Shown here in pieces: positions 1 to 7,961 of a stretch of DNA of 64,000 nucleotides. The stretch lies in assembly GCA_016192455.1 (NCBI GenBank), contig JACPUC010000009.1, positions 1 through 64,000 of the forward strand, given 5' to 3'. Within the stretch, counting starts at the first letter, position 1, and each line of letters opens with the position of its first letter. Made by a program: the position numbers and the translations under genes. A model generated the notes under the pieces. It was not told the origin of the DNA. It saw only the letters and a list, made by a program, of their open reading frames with translations, and ran no database searches. This DNA is from Candidatus Tectimicrobiota bacterium. GTDB taxonomy: Bacteria > JACPUC01.

Positions 1-360
1 CACAGCGTCGGGGCAAGGTGCCGCCGCTGCTTGAGCCAGGGGCGGGGCAGCCATCTGCCTGGGCGTTGACGCAGACAGGCGCCTGCGGGCAGGCAGGCGT
101 CGTCCAGCTTCCTGAACCCGACGCACCAGGACGACGACCCCCGCACCCTGACCTATCACCCCTGCCGGTAACCATTACCCCGACAGGCTCCTAGGCGTGG
201 AAGCATCGACGCCGCGTCCTGGTAGGCTTGGCCTCAGGGTTCGTGCTCGCAGTCACCTCATCTGTGACGGCTGCCAGACGGCGCTGTGCCGACCTTGCTT
301 GAAGGACCTTGCGCAACCACCGCGGGCAAAGCAGCAAAGGGGTGTTGGCTTCATCCAACC

Positions 361-3300
361 ATGAAACTGATTAAGAACACAGGCAGCGACCGCGTGATCG
401 ACGAACTTCGCCGGACCCTTGTGCCTATGTCGTCGCTCGATGTGGCCTCTCCGTCGTTTTCGCTCTTCGCCTTCGCGGAGCTGCGTGATCTGTTGGAAAA
501 ACTTGACGGCTGCCGCGTGGTGCTCCCGGCAATCAACGACAGCGGACTCGGACTGACCGGCTCGGATATGGACCGTGCCTTTCGGAATCGCCTTCAACTC
601 CGTTGGCTCGCGCGCGAGTGCGCTACATGGATCAAGAAGAAGGTGGAGCTGCGGGGTGCGCCGGCCTTGCTGCCGCAATCCATCATCATCGCGGGGAAGC
701 CGGAATCAGGTGTTCATCGGGTCATTACCGGCAATTGCGCTTTCACAACGGAAGGTTTGGGCATCACTCCCGGCAATCAGTTCAGTCTGATCCAGTGTTC
801 CGAGAATCCCGAGGAATCCACTATCCTTAGTTCTTGGTTCACGGGCCTTTGGAATACACTGCCAGCTTCCGATCAACAGAAAGCCCGATTCCTCTCGCGT
901 CTTCAGGAACTCGCCGATCCGAACCCCCCATCACTCATCTACTACCTGACCCTCTTCCACATTTTTAAAGAACACGGTGACGAACTGGACGAAGAGCGCA
1001 TCGTCAAGTCCGCCACCGGTATCCGCAACACAACCGTCTGGAAGAAGCTGTTTAAGTTCCAGCGGGACGGCGTCATCGGAGCCATCGATAAACTCGAGCG
1101 TTTGGGCGGCTGCATCATCGCGGACAGTGTGGGCCTCGGCAAGACCTTCGAGGCGCTCGCCATCATAAAATACTACGAGTTGCGCAATGACCGCGTTCTG
1201 GTGCTGGTGCCTAAGCGTCTGCGCGACAACTGGACACTTTACAAGGCCAACGACCGTCGTAACTTCCTCGCCTCTGACCGCTTCAATTACGACGTGCTCA
1301 ACCACACCGATCTCTCCCGCGATGGTGGCTCTTCAGGCGACATCGACCTCGCCCACGTCAATTGGGGCAACTACGACCTCGTGGTCATCGACGAGTCCCA
1401 CAACTTCCGCAACAAGGCCACCCACAATGACCGCGAGACCCGTTACGACCGCCTCATGCGGCGTATCATCAAGGAGGGCGTCAAGACCCGTGTGCTCATG
1501 CTCTCCGCCACGCCGGTTAACAACCGCCTCGCCGATCTCAAGAACCAGATCGCCTTCGTCACCGAGGCTGACGACATGGCTCTGGACGCTTATGGCATTT
1601 CCAGCGTCGAGGCGACGGTTCGCCAAGCGCAGCTTCAGTTCAATCGCTGGCTCGCCCTGGAAGACGCCGACCGCCGCCCCACCCGGCTCCTGGACATGCT
1701 CGGGTTCGACTACTTCAAGCTGCTCGACCTTCTGACCATCGCCCGCTCCCGCAAGCACATCGAGAAGTACTACGGCACCCGCGAGATGGGCCGGTTCCCG
1801 GAACGACTCAAGCCCATCAACATCAAGCCTGACGTGGACCTTGCCGGTGAGTTCCGCTCCATCCGCGACATCAACAACGAAATCCGCCGCCTCACTCTCG
1901 CGGCTTACGCGCCCCTCCGCTACGTCCTGCCGCATAAGCAGGGAACCTACGACGCCAAATACAGCACTCAGGTTCGCGGCGGCGAGAGCTTCTTTCGGCA
2001 GGTGGATCGGGAGGAGAGCCTAGTCCACTTGCTGCGGGTGAACGTCTTGAAACGGATGGAGAGTTCGGTCACCTCCTTTGCTCTCACGCTCCAGCGCCAA
2101 CTCGCCGACGTGGAAGCCACCCTGGCCAAGATCGAGGCCCACGCGGAGGGGGTGGAGGAGATCGACATCGAGGACGTGGACACGGACGACCCGGCTTTCG
2201 AGAGCCTCCTGGTCGGGCGCAAGGTCAAGGTGCTTCTCCAGGATGTGGACCGCGTTCGCTGGCAGCAGGACCTCATCGAGGATCGCAACCGCCTAGCCAC
2301 GCTCCTCTCCGCAGCGAAACAGGTGAGCGCGGCTCGTGACGCCAAGCTCAGCGCTCTCCGCAAGGTCATCGAGCGCAAGTGCCACCAACCGCTCAATGCC
2401 GGCAACCGAAAACTGCTCGTCTTCACTGCGTTCGCCGATACCGCCCACTATCTCTACCGCGAGCTTTCGGACTGGGCACGGAGTGACCTTGGCCTGCACT
2501 CGGCCCTTGTCACCGGCGCCGGTTACAACAAGACCACGCTGCCCCACCTCCGCAAGGACTTCGTCAGCATCATCACGTCGTTCTCGCCGCGTTCCACGGA
2601 GCGTCCCGAGGACCTCGCCGGCGAAGGCGAACTCGACCTACTCATCGCAACGGATTGCATCAGCGAAGGTCAGAACCTTCAGGACTGCGACACCGTCATC
2701 AACTACGACATCCATTGGAACCCGGTGCGCATCATCCAGCGTTTTGGCCGTATTGACCGGATCGGCTCGCCCAACGAGCGCATCCAGCTCATCAACTTCT
2801 GGCCCAATATGGAGCTGGATGAATACATCAACCTTGAACAGCGCGTTAGCGGCCGCATGATGCTCCTCGATATTTCCGCCACCGGTGAAGAAAACATCAT
2901 CGAGCACCAGTCCGGCAACCAGATGAACGATCTCGAATACCGCCGCAAGCAACTCCTTAAGCTCCAGGATGCCGTCATCGACCTCGAAGACCTCAGCAGC
3001 GGCGTCTCCATCGCCGACCTCACTCTCACTGACTTCCGCATTGATCTGGCAGGGTTCCTCAAGGAAAACGCCGGGAAGTTGGAGGGCCTGCCGTTTGGCA
3101 CGTTGGCCGTCACCACCGCGCTGGGCAGCGGCGAATCCGCCATCCCGCCGGGCATCATCTTCTGCCTGCGGGCCGTAGGCGCGGCGGCGTTGAAAGCCAT
3201 CGAGCCGGATTACCCTCTCGCCCCGCATTACATCGTGCAGGTGGGCGACGACGGGGTGATCCTACTGCCGTTCACTCAGGCCAAGCAGGCGCTCGACCGC

Positions 3301-3570
3301 CTCAAGCGGCTCTGCATCGGGCGCGACCTGCCCGACGCCGGAGCCTGCGCCAGCTTCGACAAGGTGACCAAGGACGGTAAGGACATGAGCACCGCCCGAG
3401 AGCTGCTCGCCAAGGCCGTTGCCTCCATCGAGGGCAAAAAGGAGGAGCGTGCCGTCGCCAGTCTTTTCACTCCCGGCGGCACCCATGCCATGAGGGGCGA
3501 GTTCCAGGGCTTGAACGACTTCGAGGTGGTGGCGTTCCTTGTGGTGTTACCGGAGGCGGCGAGCGCATGA
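361..3570 (+). CDS. SNF2-family (SF2) helicase with degenerate PLD-like N-terminal domain
   Basis: Motifs IIADSVGLGKT, VVIDESHNFRN, LSATPVNN, ATDCISEGQNLQ, QRFGRIDRIG. Start placed at ATG 361 (MKLIKN) rather than 286. Confidence 0.9.
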   Translation: MKLIKNTGSDRVIDELRRTLVPMSSLDVASPSFSLFAFAELRDLLEKLDGCRVVLPAINDSGLGLTGSDMDRAFRNRLQLRWLARECATWIKKKVELRGAPALLPQSIIIAGKPESGVHRVITGNCAFTTEGLGITPGNQFSLIQCSENPEESTILSSWFTGLWNTLPASDQQKARFLSRLQELADPNPPSLIYYLTLFHIFKEHGDELDEERIVKSATGIRNTTVWKKLFKFQRDGVIGAIDKLERLGGCIIADSVGLGKTFEALAIIKYYELRNDRVLVLVPKRLRDNWTLYKANDRRNFLASDRFNYDVLNHTDLSRDGGSSGDIDLAHVNWGNYDLVVIDESHNFRNKATHNDRETRYDRLMRRIIKEGVKTRVLMLSATPVNNRLADLKNQIAFVTEADDMALDAYGISSVEATVRQAQLQFNRWLALEDADRRPTRLLDMLGFDYFKLLDLLTIARSRKHIEKYYGTREMGRFPERLKPINIKPDVDLAGEFRSIRDINNEIRRLTLAAYAPLRYVLPHKQGTYDAKYSTQVRGGESFFRQVDREESLVHLLRVNVLKRMESSVTSFALTLQRQLADVEATLAKIEAHAEGVEEIDIEDVDTDDPAFESLLVGRKVKVLLQDVDRVRWQQDLIEDRNRLATLLSAAKQVSAARDAKLSALRKVIERKCHQPLNAGNRKLLVFTAFADTAHYLYRELSDWARSDLGLHSALVTGAGYNKTTLPHLRKDFVSIITSFSPRSTERPEDLAGEGELDLLIATDCISEGQNLQDCDTVINYDIHWNPVRIIQRFGRIDRIGSPNERIQLINFWPNMELDEYINLEQRVSGRMMLLDISATGEENIIEHQSGNQMNDLEYRRKQLLKLQDAVIDLEDLSSGVSIADLTLTDFRIDLAGFLKENAGKLEGLPFGTLAVTTALGSGESAIPPGIIFCLRAVGAAALKAIEPDYPLAPHYIVQVGDDGVILLPFTQAKQALDRLKRLCIGRDLPDAGACASFDKVTKDGKDMSTARELLAKAVASIEGKKEERAVASLFTPGGTHAMRGEFQGLNDFEVVAFLVVLPEAASA

Positions 3571-4340
3571 ATTTTGCCTTGGTCATCAACGCCTTGGCCA
3601 TGCCGCCCGACGCCCGCGTGGATCAGCGGGTGCCAAAGAGGTTGCTGCTGGAACATGGTGCTCCCACCGCCGCCGACAAGCGGCAGATTCAGGACGGCAT
3701 CGAGGAAACGCTCTGGGTGGCCGCACTCAAGCCCACCACTATCGGCGTGCCGATCTTCAGAGACGGGGTCCGCGAGTATCTGGAGATCGCCGTGCTCACC
3801 GTCACGCTTCGCGCGGCCGCGAAGCCGAGCCGCCTTGTCGAACTGCTTCATCGCGCCATACCCTATCCCCTCGTGCTCGTGGTGGCGCACGGCAGTACTG
3901 TCAGCCTTTCGCTGGCCCACAAACGTTGGTCGCAGAGTGAGACTGGCAAGGTGGTCATCGAGGACGTGCGCTGCACGGCTCCGTTTCGACCGGATGCGCC
4001 GACGGCGGAACAGGCTTCGTTTCTCGCCAGCCTAGCGCTCTCTGGGCTGCCGCGCCGTGATCTCTACGCGCTCTATCAGGGCTGGCTCGACCGCGTGGCC
4101 GCGCTGGAGGCAGCGCAGATCACCGGCGCGTTCGCCCCGCCGGATTCCCCAGAGCGCGCGGTGGCCTTGCGCGATGGTCTTGATACCCACGCGCGGCTCC
4201 AGCGTGATATTACTGTCCTGCGCGCCCAGGCGACGAAGGAGAAGCAGCTCAACCGCCGCGTGGAGCTGAACCTGGAGATCAAGCGGCTGGAAGCCGAACT
4301 GGACGCGGTCGGCCAATTATTGCGAGAGGAAACCCCGTGA
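3567..4340 (+). CDS. DUF4391 domain protein
   Basis: VPKRLL..., LHRAIPYP and C-terminal KEKQLNRRVELNLEIK pattern; ATGA overlap with the helicase stop. Confidence 0.8.
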   Translation: MNFALVINALAMPPDARVDQRVPKRLLLEHGAPTAADKRQIQDGIEETLWVAALKPTTIGVPIFRDGVREYLEIAVLTVTLRAAAKPSRLVELLHRAIPYPLVLVVAHGSTVSLSLAHKRWSQSETGKVVIEDVRCTAPFRPDAPTAEQASFLASLALSGLPRRDLYALYQGWLDRVAALEAAQITGAFAPPDSPERAVALRDGLDTHARLQRDITVLRAQATKEKQLNRRVELNLEIKRLEAELDAVGQLLREETP

Positions 4341-4936
4341 AGGTTTCAACCATCCTTGATCACATCGACAATGGGCACATCGCGTTGCCCGAATTTCAGC
4401 GCGGCTATGTCTGGAACCGTGATCAGGTGCGCGCGCTGTTCAGTTCGCTCTACCGCAGGCATCCTGTCGGCGGGTTGCTGGTGTGGGTTACGGAGTCGAA
4501 GACGGCGACCCATCGCTGCGACGGCCCGCTGTCGGCGGGGGTGGTGAAGCTGCTGCTCGACGGCCAGCAGCGCATGACCTCGCTCTATGGTGTCGCGCGC
4601 GGCAAGCCGCCGAAGTTTTTCGATGGCAACGCGGCGGCCTTCACCGGGCTACGATTCCACCTCGAAACGGAGACATTCGCCTACTACCAGCCGCTAAAGA
4701 TGCAGGGCGATTCGCTGTGGATCGATGTCACTGATCTCATGAGCAATGGACAAGCCGGCCATGAAGCACTGGTTGAAGGCCTGTCCGAGAACCCGGCGAT
4801 TGGAATAAAGGCGGTCAAGTATTCGGGACGAATCGCGCGTAAGAACTACGTGCAGAAAAAGATTCTGGCCAACGAGGATGGCCAGAATGCCCCGACCGCG
4901 GTGATCGAAAGCGTTCAAGGCTGGTTTGCGAGGTAG
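4337..4936 (+). pseudogene. DUF262 (GmrSD-type N-terminal domain) protein, apparently truncated
   Basis: LPEFQRGYVW and LLLDGQQRMTSL motifs; only 199 aa, and the C-terminal ~35 aa look unrelated. Confidence 0.7.
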
Positions 4937-4953
4937 CATGAGGAATGAGAAAC

Positions 4954-6867
4954 ATGAAGAAACTTACCCACGCGGACCCCGAAATCAAGTCCCCCGACCT
5001 CGTGGCGGAGAACATCGAGCAGCTCCAGGCGCTGTTCCCAGAAGCCATTACCGAGGGCAAGGTGGATTTCGAGGTGCTGAAACAGCTCCTCGGCGGCGCG
5101 GTGGAGGAGCGCGAGGAGAAGTACGGACTCAATTGGAACGGCAAGCGCCGCGCCCGCCAGCTCGCTCTCACCCCCTCCACTGGCACCCTGCGCCCCTGCC
5201 CGGAGGAGAGCGTGGATTGGGACACCACCCAGAACCTGATGATCGAGGGCGACAACCTTGAAGTCCTCAAGCTGCTCCAAAAATCCTACGCTGGGAAAGT
5301 GAAGCTCATCTACATCGACCCGCCCTATAACACCGGCAAGGACTTCGTCTATCCCGACAACTTCCGGGACAACATCCGCAACTACCTCGAACTCACCGGC
5401 CAAGTGGATGGCGAAGGCCGCAAGCTCTCCTCCAACACTGAAGCCTCCGGCCGCTTCCACACCGACTGGCTTAACATGATGTATCCGCGGCTGAAGCTGG
5501 CGAGGAATCTGTTGCAGGAGGACGGGGTACTTTTTATTTCGATTGATGACGGTGAAGTTAGCCATCTACGAAGCATTTGTGATGAGGTGTTCGGCCCGGA
5601 AAACTTCATAGCATTATTCGTCTGGGAGAAAAGGACAACGCGTGAGAACCGACGTGTTTTTTCATTCAACCACGAGTATGTGATGTGCGTCGCAAAGAAC
5701 AAACCAGAGTTTGAACAAACTCGCAATCTTCTGCCGACTACCGATGAAGTGCGCGAGCGCTACTCAAATCCGGACAATGATCCGCGAGGACCGTGGCAGT
5801 CTGTTTCTCTTAATGCTCAAGCCGGTCATGCCACGAAAGAACAGTTCTATTCCTTAACGACTCCAGGAGGCCGTGTTCTGCAACCACCGTCAGGCCGTTG
5901 CTGGGCGGTTACGAAACCCAAATTGGAAGAGCTTATTGCGGCCAACCGCGTTTGGTTCGGTGAAACGGGTCACAACGTTCCGCGCCGCAAACTTTTCCTT
6001 TCAGAGGCAAAGGACGGACTAACCCCCCACACTCTTTGGACTGCATCTGAGGTTGGAACAAATGATACGGCGAAGAAAGAACTCATCGAATTATTCGATG
6101 GCATAGAAGTGTTCGATACTCCTAAGCCGCTCGGTTTGATCGAGAGGATGATTGAACTCACTACAGACAAGTCGGACTTGGTTCTAGATTTTTTTGCTGG
6201 TGCAGGGCCAGCTGGCGAAGCAGTGTTCCGCAAAAATAGAGCAGACAGCAGCAACCGCCGCTACATCCTCGTCCAACTTCCCGAACCGCTTGATCCTGAC
6301 AACAAAGACCAGAAAACAGCCGCCGATTTCTGCGACAAACTTGGCAAGCCCCGCACCATCGCTGAACTGACCAAAGAGCGGCTGCGTCGGGCCGGAAAGA
6401 AGATTCGAGAGAAATATCCGCTGTTCGCGGGCGATCTTGGTTTCCGCGTCTTCAAGCTCGCCTCCAGTAACATCCACGCCTGGGAGCCGGACCGGGACAA
6501 CCTGCCGAAGACCCTTCAGGAGTCCATCGAGCACCTGAAGGCCGACCGCACCGAGGCGGACATCCTTTTCGAGGTGCTGCTCAAGCTCGGCCTCGATCTG
6601 ACGGTGCCGATTGAAGAGAAGGCCATCTCGGGCAAGACCGTCCATGGCATCGGCGCGGGAACGCTTCTGGTATGCCTCGCCGAACACATTGCCACCGCCG
6701 AAGTGGAGCCGCTTGCGCTGGGTATTGTGGGCTGGCGCAAGGCAATGGCCCCGGCGGGCGAAAGCACCGTGGTTTTCCGTGACAGCGCCTTTGCCGACGA
6801 CGTGGCGAAAACGAACCTCACCGCCATTCTCCAGCAGCACGGCCTGGAAAACGTGAGGAGCCTGTGA
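4954..6867 (+). CDS. mod: Type III R-M methyltransferase (Mod), beta-class
   Basis: IEGDNLEVLK, IYIDPPYNTG, HTDWLNMMYPRL, PKP and VLDFFAGAG motifs. Alternative ATG at 4945. Confidence 0.93.
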   Translation: MKKLTHADPEIKSPDLVAENIEQLQALFPEAITEGKVDFEVLKQLLGGAVEEREEKYGLNWNGKRRARQLALTPSTGTLRPCPEESVDWDTTQNLMIEGDNLEVLKLLQKSYAGKVKLIYIDPPYNTGKDFVYPDNFRDNIRNYLELTGQVDGEGRKLSSNTEASGRFHTDWLNMMYPRLKLARNLLQEDGVLFISIDDGEVSHLRSICDEVFGPENFIALFVWEKRTTRENRRVFSFNHEYVMCVAKNKPEFEQTRNLLPTTDEVRERYSNPDNDPRGPWQSVSLNAQAGHATKEQFYSLTTPGGRVLQPPSGRCWAVTKPKLEELIAANRVWFGETGHNVPRRKLFLSEAKDGLTPHTLWTASEVGTNDTAKKELIELFDGIEVFDTPKPLGLIERMIELTTDKSDLVLDFFAGAGPAGEAVFRKNRADSSNRRYILVQLPEPLDPDNKDQKTAADFCDKLGKPRTIAELTKERLRRAGKKIREKYPLFAGDLGFRVFKLASSNIHAWEPDRDNLPKTLQESIEHLKADRTEADILFEVLLKLGLDLTVPIEEKAISGKTVHGIGAGTLLVCLAEHIATAEVEPLALGIVGWRKAMAPAGESTVVFRDSAFADDVAKTNLTAILQQHGLENVRSL

Positions 6868-7961
6868 TGGCCCGGCGGACGCGCAATGGCGAACGCGGCG
6901 TGGGCGGGTCGGCTGGAGAGATTCTGCTCTACGAGACCGAAGATGGGCGCACGCGGGTGGAGTGCCGCTTCGCGGCAGAGAGCCTCTGGATGACGCAGGC
7001 GCTCATGGCGGAGTTGTTCCAGACAACCCCGCAGAACATCACCCTGCACCTGAAGGCGCTGTACCAGGAAGGTGAAATCAGCGAGGCGGCAACTTGTAAG
7101 GATTACTTACAAGTTCGCACCGAAGGCGGGCGCGAGGTGCGCCGCGCCGTGAAGCACTACAACCTGGACGCGATTCTGGCCGTGGGCTACCGGGTGCGCT
7201 CGCCGCGCGGCGCCCAGTTCCGCCAGTGGGCCACGGAGCGGTTGCGGGAGTATCTCGTCAAGGGCTTCACGCTGGATGACGAGCGGCTGAAGCACCCGCC
7301 GGTCGAGGGTTCGGGCGTACCGGACTACTTCGATGAGTTGCTGGAGCGCATCCGTGACATTCGCGCTAGTGAGGCGCGGATGTACCTGCGGGTACGCGAA
7401 ATCTTCGCCCTGGCCGCCGACTATGACCCGTCGCGGAAGGACACCACGACCTTCTTCCAGATCATGCAGAACAAGCTGCACTTCGCCGTGACAGGTCAGA
7501 CGGCCGCCGAGCTGATCGCCGCCCGCGCGGACCACGCGCAACCGAATATGGGTTTGACCAACTGGAAGGGCGGCCGGGTGAGCAAGGCCGATGTGACGGT
7601 GGCCAAGAACTACCTTGCGGGCGAGGAAATCAGCGAGCTTAACCGCATCGTGACCATGTGGCTGGACTTCGCCGAAGACCAGGCGCGGCGCCGGAAGCAA
7701 ATCTTCCTGAAGGCCTGGGAAACCAAGCTCAACGAGTTTCTCCGCTTCAGCGACCGCGTGGTGCTCGACGCCGCCGGCACCGTCAGCCACCAGCAGGCCG
7801 CGAGCAAGGCCGAAGCGGAATACGAGCAGTTCGCTGCACGGCGGCGCGGATTGCTGGAAGCGCAGGGCGAACAGGACAACATCGAGGCGCTGGAAGCAGC
7901 GGCAAAACAACTGGAGGCACCCAAGAAGCCGTCGACAGGGAAGCGGGGGAAGCACGAATGA
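6864..7961 (+). CDS. RhuM/virulence-family DNA-binding protein
   Basis: WMTQALMAELFQ, YNLDAILAVGYRVRS, FRQWAT, YFDELLERIRDIRASE, QNKLHFA motifs. Confidence 0.88.
   Translation: MMARRTRNGERGVGGSAGEILLYETEDGRTRVECRFAAESLWMTQALMAELFQTTPQNITLHLKALYQEGEISEAATCKDYLQVRTEGGREVRRAVKHYNLDAILAVGYRVRSPRGAQFRQWATERLREYLVKGFTLDDERLKHPPVEGSGVPDYFDELLERIRDIRASEARMYLRVREIFALAADYDPSRKDTTTFFQIMQNKLHFAVTGQTAAELIAARADHAQPNMGLTNWKGGRVSKADVTVAKNYLAGEEISELNRIVTMWLDFAEDQARRRKQIFLKAWETKLNEFLRFSDRVVLDAAGTVSHQQAASKAEAEYEQFAARRRGLLEAQGEQDNIEALEAAAKQLEAPKKPSTGKRGKHE

Noticed and set aside
7658-7957. 100-aa N-terminal extension of Res in the ORF track
   Set aside because: It overlaps RhuM; the family-typical start MKLHFEPNLDYQ is at 7958.
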